Assembly (NCBI GenBank): GCA_014251975.1 | Contig: CP059204.1 | Location: forward strand, 420,001-452,000 | Direction: 5' to 3' | DNA length: 32,000 nucleotides | Source of the DNA: Blattabacterium cuenoti | Lineage (GTDB): Bacteria > Bacteroidota > Bacteroidia > Flavobacteriales > Blattabacteriaceae | Part shown: one piece after another, positions 1 to 8,690 of the stretch | Layout: every line of letters begins with the position of its first letter | How positions within the stretch are numbered: position 1 is the stretch's first letter | Position numbers and translations under genes: made by a program | The notes under the pieces: model-generated | What the model saw: only the letters and a program-made list of their open reading frames with translations | What the model was told of the DNA's origin: nothing | Database searches by the model: none

Positions 1-670
1 AGGTATAGGATCAAATTTATTAGAAATAATAGGTGTTAATAAATTAAAAGGATGTACCCATAAAATATTACCAGATATGATAGAAATTGGTAGCTGGATA
101 GGGCTATCAGCTATTACAAGTTCTGAAATTACAATTAAAAATGTTAGTTGGAAAAACTTAGGCCTTATTCCAAATATATTTGAACAAATGGGTATAAAAA
201 TAGAAAAAAAAAAAGATGATATATATATACCATCACAAAAAAACTATAATATTAAACAATTATTAAATAATTCTATTTTAACTATATCAGATTCTCCATG
301 GCCAGGATTGACCCCAGATTTATTAAGCATACTAATAGTAGTTGCTACACAGGCTAAAGGTAGTGTTTTGTTTCACCAAAAAATGTTCGAAAGTAGATTA
401 TTTTTTGTAGATAAATTAATTGAAATGGGTGCACAAATAATTTTATGTGATCCACATAGAGCGACTGTTATTGGTTTAAACCATAAATCAAATTTAAAAG
501 GGTCTATATTATATTCTCCAGATATTAGAGCTGGAATTTCACTTCTTATTGCAGCTTTATCTGCAAAAGGTATAAGCATAATACAAAATATAGAACAGAT
601 AGATAGAGGATATGAAAAAATAGATTATAGATTACGTAGTATAGGGGCTAATATTATAAGAATAGAATAA
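1..670 (+). CDS. murA: UDP-N-acetylglucosamine 1-carboxyvinyltransferase, C-terminal part (5' end lies outside the window; codon phase starts at nt 2)
   Basis: The frame is open from nt 2 (GIGSNLLEIIGVNKLKGCTHKILPDMIEIGSW...), upstream of the listed ATG at 77. MurA-like C-terminal motifs are present (SPWPGLTPDL, FESRLFFVDKL, DIRAGISLLIAAL, IDRGYEKID). Confidence 0.9.
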   Translation, partial: GIGSNLLEIIGVNKLKGCTHKILPDMIEIGSWIGLSAITSSEITIKNVSWKNLGLIPNIFEQMGIKIEKKKDDIYIPSQKNYNIKQLLNNSILTISDSPWPGLTPDLLSILIVVATQAKGSVLFHQKMFESRLFFVDKLIEMGAQIILCDPHRATVIGLNHKSNLKGSILYSPDIRAGISLLIAALSAKGISIIQNIEQIDRGYEKIDYRLRSIGANIIRIE

Positions 671-720
671 TAAATAAAATATTTTAATAACCATATAACA
701 TTTTTAAAAATGATAAAATT

Positions 721-1203
721 ATGGAAAAAGTTGAATATATTACTAAAAAAGGATTAGAAATATTAAAACAAAAAATAAAAAAATTAGAAAATATAGAAAG
801 ACAAAAAATATCAATTCAGATAGCAGAAGCTAGAGATAAAGGAGATTTATCAGAAAATGCTGAATATGATGCTATAAAAGAAGTACAACAATTATTAGAA
901 ATAAATATTGCTAAATTAAAAAAAAAGTTATTTAATTCTAGAGTTATAGACGGAAAAAAAATTGATAAAAATAGAGTTTCTATTTTATCTACCGTAAAAA
1001 TACAAAATATAAAAAATAAAAAAGAACAAATATATACTTTAGTACCAGAAGGAGAAGCAAATTTAAAATATGGTAAAATTTCTATAAATACTCCAATATC
1101 TATTGGATTATTAGGGAAAAAAATAGGAGAAATATCTTATATAAAATTACCTAATAATATGATACTTAGTTATAAAATTTTAGAAATAATATTCAATGAA
1201 TAA
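721..1203 (+). CDS. greA: transcription elongation factor GreA
   Basis: 160 aa with the GreA N-terminal coiled-coil motif GDLSENAEYDA and a typical C-terminal globular domain length. Confidence 0.9.
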   Translation: MEKVEYITKKGLEILKQKIKKLENIERQKISIQIAEARDKGDLSENAEYDAIKEVQQLLEINIAKLKKKLFNSRVIDGKKIDKNRVSILSTVKIQNIKNKKEQIYTLVPEGEANLKYGKISINTPISIGLLGKKIGEISYIKLPNNMILSYKILEIIFNE

Positions 1204-1603
1204 TAATAATATATTCAAAAAAATTATAAATAACAAAATAAAATCTTATAAAATAATAGAAAATTATGACAATATTGCAATATTAGATATTCATCCAATT
1301 AAATATGGACATACTTTAGTAATACCAAAAAATATAAATACAGATAATATATTTAATATATCTGAAAAAGATTATATATCACTTATGATTTTTACTAAAA
1401 AAATAGCATTAGGTTTAAAAAAATCTATAAAATGTAAAAGAATAGGATTATTTATTATGGGTTTTGATGTTCCTCATGTACATATTCATCTAATACCTAT
1501 TAATAAGGAAAGTGATATAGATTTTTCTAAAAAAAGAAAAACTTTATCTGAAGAAAAATTTTTGTTTTTATTAAATAAAATTAAAAAATTACTAATTTTT
1601 TAA
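1196..1603 (+). CDS. HIT (histidine triad) family protein
   Basis: 135 aa with the histidine triad HVHIHLIP. It overlaps the greA stop by 8 nt. Confidence 0.85.
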   Translation: MNNNNIFKKIINNKIKSYKIIENYDNIAILDIHPIKYGHTLVIPKNINTDNIFNISEKDYISLMIFTKKIALGLKKSIKCKRIGLFIMGFDVPHVHIHLIPINKESDIDFSKKRKTLSEEKFLFLLNKIKKLLIF

Positions 1604-1606
1604 TTA

Positions 1607-2377
1607 TTATTTATTAAAATGAAATAAAAATTTTAATCCTCTTATTGTGTGTAATTTATCATAAAAATGTATCATTTTTGTTAATGATGAATAAATATGT
1701 GATAAACCACCAGTTGCAATGACAAAACAATTTGTATTTAATTCTTTATTTATTTTATTAATTAAACCCTCTATCATACTTAAATATCCATAAATGATTC
1801 CACTTTGAATACATGTTTCTGTATTATTACCTAATATATTAAATGGTTTTTTTAATTTAACATTTGATAATAAAGAAGTATTACTAATTAATGATAATAA
1901 TGAAGTTTTTACACCTGGAGCTATAATTATACCCTTCAAAAATCCTTTTTTACCAACACATGTAAAACTTAATGCAGTACCTATATCAATTATCAATATA
2001 TTTTTTTCTTTATATAATTCATATCCAGCTATTGCATTAGCATATAAATCTACACCTAACTGATTTGAATTATGATATACTGATGAAATAGAATATCTAT
2101 TAACTATAGTGGGATAAATTTTATGTATTTTATATAAAGATTTTATAAAAATATTTGTTAAAAATGGGACTACAGATCCTATAACAATATTTTTAATTAA
2201 TTGTAAAGATATTTTATGTTTTATATATGTATTTTTAATTAAAAAAATATATTTATATAATGATTTTTTTAAATTACTTTTAATTATCCAAGATTTAAAA
2301 CATTTCATATTATTTATGTTATTATCAAATAATCCAAAACGTATATTGGAATTTCCTATATTTACAGTTAATAACAT
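1607..2377 (-). CDS. coaX: type III pantothenate kinase
   Basis: Motifs LLTVNIGNSNIRFGLF and IIDIGTA match the acetate/sugar-kinase fold of CoaX. I place the start at the internal ATG at 2377 (MLLTVNIGN...) rather than 2437. The family N-terminus starts right at the DxGN(T/S)N motif, and the longer form would overlap the divergent neighbour. Confidence 0.8.
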   Translation of the reverse strand: MLLTVNIGNSNIRFGLFDNNINNMKCFKSWIIKSNLKKSLYKYIFLIKNTYIKHKISLQLIKNIVIGSVVPFLTNIFIKSLYKIHKIYPTIVNRYSISSVYHNSNQLGVDLYANAIAGYELYKEKNILIIDIGTALSFTCVGKKGFLKGIIIAPGVKTSLLSLISNTSLLSNVKLKKPFNILGNNTETCIQSGIIYGYLSMIEGLINKINKELNTNCFVIATGGLSHIYSSLTKMIHFYDKLHTIRGLKFLFHFNK

Positions 2378-2406
2378 AATTGTTTTTTTTATAAAAATTT
2401 TTATAT

Positions 2407-3216
2407 ATGTTAAAAAATAACATTTTTTATAAAACAAATTTTAAAGAAATAAATACAAAATACCCTATAATAATATTTTTACATGGGTTAATTGAAAATT
2501 ATACAATATGGAATAAAATTTATACAATATTATCAAAAAAATATAAAATAATATTAATTGATTTACCTGGTCATGGGAATAGCATGTCACCATTAGTAGG
2601 AAAAGATATTTTTACAATGGAAGAAATGGCAGATTTAATTGTAAATAATGTATTAAAAAAAGAAAAAATAACAAAGGCTTTTTTTATTGGGCATTCTATG
2701 GGAGGATATGTAGCACTAGCTATCGCAGAAAAATATCCAAACTATTTTTCTAGTTTATGTTTACTTAATTCTACAGCAGAATCTGATACCATAGAAAAAA
2801 AAAAATATCGATTAAATTTAATTAATCTAATTGAGAAAGATTATGATTCATATATATCAAAAAGTATTAAATATTGGTTTAATGATAATTTAAAAGATTC
2901 TTTTAAAGAAGAAAAAAAATTATTAAAAAATATAGCATTATCTATGTGTAGTAAAAATGTAATTTCAATACTAAAAGGAATATCCATACGTAAAGATAGA
3001 AAATTCATAATACAAAATACATTTTTTCCTAAATTATATATATATGGAAAATATGATAAAATGTTTAATAAAGATGATATTTATAAAGAATCTAATAAAG
3101 GTAAAAATACTAATCTTGTAGAGGTTAACACCGGACATATGAGCCATTTAGAGATTCCTGAAAGAATAGCAAATATTTTAAAAAATTTTATAATATGTTT
3201 TAATCATCAATTATGA
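2407..3216 (+). CDS. alpha/beta-fold hydrolase (possibly MenH-like; specific function not resolved)
   Basis: 269 aa with the nucleophile elbow GHSMGG, an HG oxyanion motif (IIFLHGL) and a C-terminal GHMSHLE catalytic His region. Confidence 0.75.
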   Translation: MLKNNIFYKTNFKEINTKYPIIIFLHGLIENYTIWNKIYTILSKKYKIILIDLPGHGNSMSPLVGKDIFTMEEMADLIVNNVLKKEKITKAFFIGHSMGGYVALAIAEKYPNYFSSLCLLNSTAESDTIEKKKYRLNLINLIEKDYDSYISKSIKYWFNDNLKDSFKEEKKLLKNIALSMCSKNVISILKGISIRKDRKFIIQNTFFPKLYIYGKYDKMFNKDDIYKESNKGKNTNLVEVNTGHMSHLEIPERIANILKNFIICFNHQL

Positions 3217-3781
3217 ATAAAGAAGAAATAAGAAAAATATATTATATGTATAGAAAAAAATTATCTAAAAAAGATATTAAAAAATTTAGTATTAATATAT
3301 TCAAAATGTTAAAAAATATACCTATATGGGATAATAAATATTATCATATTTATATACCAATAAAAAAATTAAAAGAAGTAGATACATATTACATTATTAA
3401 TTTTTTATTAAAAAAAAAAAAAAAGTTATTGTACCATATACTGATTTTACTAATATTTCTATGATAAATTGTTTTTTTAAAAGTGACACAATCTTAAAGA
3501 AAAATAAATATGATATTTTAGAACCTGTATATAAAAATACTTTATTAAATAATAATTTAATTGATGTTATATTTATTCCTTTATTTGTCTTTGATATATA
3601 TGGATATAGAATTGGATATGGAAAGGGGTTTTATGATAAATTTATATATTTATGTAGGAAGAATATAATTAAAATAGGATTAGGTTATTTCCCACCAATA
3701 GAAAAAATTCCATACATACATAAAAACGATCTTGTTTTAGATATTGGAATAACACCTAATAAAATTTTTATTTTTCAATAA
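3213..3781 (+). pseudogene. 5-formyltetrahydrofolate cyclo-ligase, split into two ORFs (3213-3464 and 3461-3781) by a frameshift in an A15 run at 3410-3424
   Basis: The N-terminal ORF ends ...EVDTYYIINFLLKKKKK. In the other frame the sequence continues immediately as KVIVPYTDF...ILEP...DVIFIPLFVFDIYGYRIGYGKGFYDKF, the conserved 5-FCL core. One extra A or two fewer A would make a single ~189-aa ORF. Confidence 0.75.
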
Positions 3782-5106
3782 ATAAAAATTTTAATTATAT
3801 CCCAAATAACAATTGATATCATAATTAAACTTAAAATTATAAATCCAATAATATTACATTTTTGTGAAATTTTTTCACTTATATTTCTACCTAAAAACAT
3901 TTCCAATATAATAAAAAATAAATGACCACCATCTAGTGATGGAATAGGTAATAAATTTAAAAACGCAATCCATATAGATAATGCTCCAGTTAAACTCCAA
4001 AACAAAATCCAATTCCATTTTCCCGAAAATTCTCTTGAAACAGATAAAAAACTACCTATTTGTTTATAAGAATTAGTATTTATAATATTCTTTAAATATA
4101 ATATTTGATTTTTTATTATTTCATATAATCTAATTAATCCAATATTGATACTATCTAAAATATTATATTTATTTTTTTTAAAAGAAAAAATATTATTCAT
4201 TTGTATAAATTCTTTGAAAAAAATATTATTATATTGTTTTAAAGTGATTTTTTTTTCAGAAATAATACCATTTCTATATATACCCAATGAAATAATTTTA
4301 TTTTTATTTTTTAAAATTTTATCTATTTTATCTCTTAATTGATCAAAAAAATTAACATGATTATTATTTATACTTATTATTTTATCTCCACTTTTTAATA
4401 TTTCTTTATTATATTTTGAATTTTTTATATAATCTATAATAATTGGAATACGAGGTGTTATAAAATATTTTTCTTCATTTCTATTAAATAAATATTTTTT
4501 TTTATTATCATTTAATAATATATTTTTTATTTTTCCTTCTCTATTTATTGTTATTTTATTACTAAAAATAATTTTTTGTATAATTTCATTAAAATATGGA
4601 ACATATTTATTATCTATATATAAAATTTTGTCACCATTTTTAAATCCTATTTTTTCTCCTAAATTATTTACTTCTATACCATATTTATTTACACTATTTA
4701 GAGTTATATCATAATCACCATATTTATATAATAAATAAGAAAATATAAAAAGAGAAAATATAAAATTAAATATAATTCCTCCAGAAATAATTAAGAATCT
4801 TTTTATAGATGATTTATAATAAAACTTTAAATTATTATTTTTATTATAACTTTTATGATTATGATTTTCGAACATACCATAAATTTTTACATAACCACCT
4901 AATGGTAACCAACCAATACCATATGTTGTATCTCCTATCTTTTTTTTAAAAAGATGAAACCATAAATCAAAAAATAAAAAAAATCTTTCTACTTTAACTT
5001 TAAATAACCTAGCTAAAGTAAAATGCCCCAATTCATGAACTATTATTAATATTGATATACTAATAATAAATTGAATAATTTTAATGAATACAAATGTAAT
5101 TTTCAA
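3775..5106 (-). CDS. rseP: RIP metalloprotease RseP (site-2 protease)
   Basis: 443 aa with the zinc motif HELGHF near the N-terminus, a PDZ-like middle region and a C-terminal NLLPIPSLDGG motif. Confidence 0.85.
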   Translation of the reverse strand: MKITFVFIKIIQFIISISILIIVHELGHFTLARLFKVKVERFFLFFDLWFHLFKKKIGDTTYGIGWLPLGGYVKIYGMFENHNHKSYNKNNNLKFYYKSSIKRFLIISGGIIFNFIFSLFIFSYLLYKYGDYDITLNSVNKYGIEVNNLGEKIGFKNGDKILYIDNKYVPYFNEIIQKIIFSNKITINREGKIKNILLNDNKKKYLFNRNEEKYFITPRIPIIIDYIKNSKYNKEILKSGDKIISINNNHVNFFDQLRDKIDKILKNKNKIISLGIYRNGIISEKKITLKQYNNIFFKEFIQMNNIFSFKKNKYNILDSINIGLIRLYEIIKNQILYLKNIINTNSYKQIGSFLSVSREFSGKWNWILFWSLTGALSIWIAFLNLLPIPSLDGGHLFFIILEMFLGRNISEKISQKCNIIGFIILSLIMISIVIWDIIKIFIY

Positions 5107-5183
5107 AATTTAAAAGAAATTAATAAATTTAAAAACTATAATATTCTATATTATCTTATTATTTTTTGCAATATAAATAAATT

Positions 5184-5408
5184 TTGAACTTATATAATCT
5201 TAAAAAAGGAAAAAAAGGGATTATTAAAGGATATAAAAATGATAATTTCCCTGTAAAATTATTAGAATTAGGTATTTTACCTGGAGTAAAATGTGAAGTA
5301 GTTTTTATTTCAATATTTTCTGATCCATTATGTATTCAATACGAACAATCATATTTAGCTTTAAGAAAAAAAGAAGCAGAAAATATTTTAATTGAACCAA
5401 TAGATTAG
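5184..5408 (+). CDS. feoA: ferrous iron transport protein A (FeoA domain)
   Basis: 74 aa, TTG start. The pattern is SH3-like FeoA (LKKGKKGIIKGY...LLELGILPGVKCEVVF), and the gene sits directly upstream of feoB. Confidence 0.8.
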   Translation: MNLYNLKKGKKGIIKGYKNDNFPVKLLELGILPGVKCEVVFISIFSDPLCIQYEQSYLALRKKEAENILIEPID

Positions 5409-5420
5409 ATATAATAAAAA

Positions 5421-7481
5421 ATGCAAAAAAAAATAGTGAAATTAGCACTTATTGGTAATCCAAATGTAGGAAAAACTTCTTTATTTAATAAATTAACAGG
5501 TTTAAACCAAAAAGTAGGTAATTATATTGGTGTTACAGTAGATAAAAAAATTGGATATTTTTTTTATGAAAATATTCATTATCAAATAATTGATTTACCT
5601 GGAACATATAGTATATATCCATCATCTGATGATGAAGAAATTGTAAATAAATTACTTATAAAAAATAAGTATTATTCAGATTATCCAGATAAAATAATTA
5701 TAATTGCTGATTCATCAAACCTAAAAAAAAATCTTCTATTACTTTTACAAATAAAAGATTTAGGTTATCCTGTTTTGTTTGTATTAAATATGTTAGATGA
5801 AGCTAAAAAAAAAGGTATTGTAATAAATATTAATAAATTAAAAAAATTACTTTCTACGGATATTGTTTTAATTAATGCAAGAGAAGGTATTGGATTAAAT
5901 AATATAAAAAAAAAATTAAAGTATATAAAAAAAAATTCAGAAAATTCATATACAGAAGCTCAAGAAAAAAATAGAAAATATTTTTTTAATTTTAAATTAT
6001 ATTATCCTTATGCTATAAAAGAAATAAAAGATAATTATAAAATAAGTGATTATAAAGCTTGGATATATTTAGCATCTAATGATAATTTTTCAAAAAATGA
6101 TACTTTTTTAAAAAATATAAAAAAAAAATATAAAATAATATCTAAAAGATTACAAGTTAAAGAAACAATAAGTAGATATGAAATAATTCAAAAAATATTA
6201 TATAAAACTGTTAGTCATAATATATCAAATAAAGAAAAAAAATATTTAGAATTTTATAAAAAAATAGATAATAATTTTATATTACATCCTATTTTTGGAT
6301 ATATAATTTTCTTTTCTTTTATATTTATTATATTTCAATGTGTATTTTTTGGAGCAGATTTTTCTGAAAAATATATAGATATTTTATTTAATATTATTAA
6401 TAATAAAATATCATCTATTTGGGATGGGCCTTTAAATAATTTGTTATTACAAGGAATATTACCAGGTATACAAACAATTATTACTTTTATTCCACAGATT
6501 TTAATTTTATTATTTTTTATTTCTTTTATGGAAGAAAGTGGGTATATAAGTAGAGTTATTTTTTTAATGGATAGAATAATGAGGCCTTTTGGATTAAATG
6601 GGAAAAGTGTTGTACCAATAATTTCTAGTATGGCATGTGCTATACCTGCAATAATATCTTCTAGACATATAGAAAATACAAGAGATAGGTTAATTACTAT
6701 TTTAATAACCCCTTTTATAACATGTTCGGCTAGATTACCAGTATATACTTTAATAATATCTTTAGTAATACCAGATAAAAAATGGTATTTTTTTAAACTT
6801 AGGGGTTTGGTATTAATGGGTATGTATTTAATAGGATTTATATCTTCTTTAATTATAGCATTTATACTTAATAATATTATAAAAAAAAATTATAAAAGCC
6901 ATCTTATTCTTGAAATACCTACATACAAAATTCCTATGTTAAAAAACATATTTATTAGTCTTTTTGTTTATATAAAATCTTTTGTATATAACATAGGTAG
7001 AATAATTATTTTAGTAAATATTATTATATGGAGTTTAGGTACATTTGGTCCTACACAAAATTACATTATGCAAAGTAAAAGTATTGAAAATTCTTATTTA
7101 GGTATTTTGGGTAAAAAGATAGAACCAGTAATAAAACCATTAGGATTTGATTGGAAAATAGGTGTAGGTATTTTATCATCTCTTATTGCTAGAGAGGTAT
7201 TTGTAAGCACTATGAATTCTATTTATGAAATTGAAAAAAAAGGTGATATACTTATAGATAAAATGACTAAAGATATTAATCCAGAGGATAATAAGCCAAT
7301 TTATAACTTAGCAACTGGAATGTCTTTGTTATTTTTTTATGCATTTTCTATGCAATGTATCAGCACATTATCTATAATTAAAAAAGAAACAAAATCATGG
7401 AAATGGCCAGTTATACAAATTATATTAATGACTTTATTAGCATATTTATCTTCTTTTATTATATATCAATTATTTATATAG
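5421..7481 (+). CDS. feoB: ferrous iron transporter FeoB
   Basis: 686 aa with N-terminal G-domain motifs GNPNVGKTSLFN and DLPG, followed by a polytopic membrane domain. Confidence 0.95.
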   Translation: MQKKIVKLALIGNPNVGKTSLFNKLTGLNQKVGNYIGVTVDKKIGYFFYENIHYQIIDLPGTYSIYPSSDDEEIVNKLLIKNKYYSDYPDKIIIIADSSNLKKNLLLLLQIKDLGYPVLFVLNMLDEAKKKGIVININKLKKLLSTDIVLINAREGIGLNNIKKKLKYIKKNSENSYTEAQEKNRKYFFNFKLYYPYAIKEIKDNYKISDYKAWIYLASNDNFSKNDTFLKNIKKKYKIISKRLQVKETISRYEIIQKILYKTVSHNISNKEKKYLEFYKKIDNNFILHPIFGYIIFFSFIFIIFQCVFFGADFSEKYIDILFNIINNKISSIWDGPLNNLLLQGILPGIQTIITFIPQILILLFFISFMEESGYISRVIFLMDRIMRPFGLNGKSVVPIISSMACAIPAIISSRHIENTRDRLITILITPFITCSARLPVYTLIISLVIPDKKWYFFKLRGLVLMGMYLIGFISSLIIAFILNNIIKKNYKSHLILEIPTYKIPMLKNIFISLFVYIKSFVYNIGRIIILVNIIIWSLGTFGPTQNYIMQSKSIENSYLGILGKKIEPVIKPLGFDWKIGVGILSSLIAREVFVSTMNSIYEIEKKGDILIDKMTKDINPEDNKPIYNLATGMSLLFFYAFSMQCISTLSIIKKETKSWKWPVIQIILMTLLAYLSSFIIYQLFI

Positions 7482-7594
7482 AATATTTTATAATTATAAT
7501 TATATTTTTATTATCATTATTATTTTTTATACGAAAAGTAATTAATTTTTTTTTAAATGGGAAAAAAAATTGTTGTGATAAAAAATGTATATAA
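7397..7594 (+). CDS. candidate FeoB-associated Cys-rich small membrane protein. The family-like part is only 7490-7594, and the start codon is uncertain.
   Basis: The segment after the feoB stop encodes IIIIIFLLSLLFFIRKVINFFLNGKKNCCDKKCI, which is one hydrophobic helix, a basic stretch and a Cys-rich tail. That is the architecture of the small protein commonly found right after feoB in Bacteroidota. The only ATGs (7397, 7403) lie 85 nt inside feoB. After the feoB stop only ATA/ATT codons are available. Confidence 0.35.
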   Translation: MEMASYTNYINDFISIFIFFYYISIIYIEYFIIIIIFLLSLLFFIRKVINFFLNGKKNCCDKKCI

Positions 7595-7627
7595 TTTTTA
7601 ATAAAAAAATATTTTTGTTTTTTATTA

Positions 7628-8608
7628 TTATTTTGTAATACTTGAGCTTATAATTCTATGAAAAAAATAAGATAAAGAAATACCTGCTGCTTTTAATTGT
7701 TTTGGTAAAATACTATTTTTAGATAAAGCTGGTATTGTATTGATTTCTAAGAAATATGGTATATTGTTAACTATAATATATTCTGATCTTGATACACCGG
7801 ATAAATTTAAAATTTTATATATTTTTTTAGATATTTGTTGTAGTTTATTTTCTAAATTTTTTGATATATTCGCAGGAGTAATTATTTTTGATTCTCCAGA
7901 ATATTTTGACTCAAAATCAAAAAAATCATTTTTACTAATTATTTCTGTAATTGGTAAAACAAAAATTTTTTTATTATTAAATGAAAAAACACCTACAGAA
8001 ACTTCTATACCTGATAAAAAAGATTCAATGATAACTTCATCATCTTCTTTAAATGCATTATTAATTGCAAAATTTAATTCAATTTTATTTTTAACTTTAC
8101 TCACACCTAAACTGGAGCCAGATTTATTAGGTTTTACAAAACAAGGTATTCCAATAGTTTCTATTATTTTATTTTTACAAAATTTTTCTTTTTTATTTAA
8201 AAAAACAAACTTAGTGGTATTTATACCAAAATTATTTAAAAAAGAAAGACAATATTTTTTATTAAATGTAATACTAGAATTATAAAAATCACATCCAGTA
8301 TATGGAATATTTAACAATTCAAAATATGCTTGAAAAATACCATTTTCTCCAGGAGATCCATGAATAGCTATGAAAACACAATCAAACTTTATAGTATTAC
8401 CATATACTAAAACAGAAAAATTTTTTTTATTAATTGGATATTCTTTATTATTTTCATCTATCATAACCCACTTATTTTTTGAGACAAAAACTTTGTAAGG
8501 ATAATATTTATTTCTACATAAATTTTGATAAATAATTTTACCACTTTCTAATGAAATTACAGATTCTTTTGAATATCCCCCAACAAGAATAGCAATTTTT
8601 TTTATCAT
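7628..8608 (-). CDS. ddl: D-alanine--D-alanine ligase
   Basis: 326 aa ATP-grasp protein with motifs IAILVGGYS.E..ISL.S, HGSPGENG and LEINTIP. Confidence 0.9.
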   Translation of the reverse strand: MIKKIAILVGGYSKESVISLESGKIIYQNLCRNKYYPYKVFVSKNKWVMIDENNKEYPINKKNFSVLVYGNTIKFDCVFIAIHGSPGENGIFQAYFELLNIPYTGCDFYNSSITFNKKYCLSFLNNFGINTTKFVFLNKKEKFCKNKIIETIGIPCFVKPNKSGSSLGVSKVKNKIELNFAINNAFKEDDEVIIESFLSGIEVSVGVFSFNNKKIFVLPITEIISKNDFFDFESKYSGESKIITPANISKNLENKLQQISKKIYKILNLSGVSRSEYIIVNNIPYFLEINTIPALSKNSILPKQLKAAGISLSYFFHRIISSSITK

Positions 8609-8690
8609 TATTATTTTTTTTATTATTTTTTTATTGTTATTTTACTATAAATAAAATATAAAATACAATTTTTTTTAGTACATGTAAATT

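Noticed and set aside
2378-2437. A longer 276-aa form of coaX starting at 2437
   Set aside because: The extra 20 aa (MFYKKCYFLTYIKIFIKKTI) precede the family's N-terminal DxGNxN-type motif and would overlap the divergent hydrolase start. The internal ATG at 2377 gives the canonical N-terminus.
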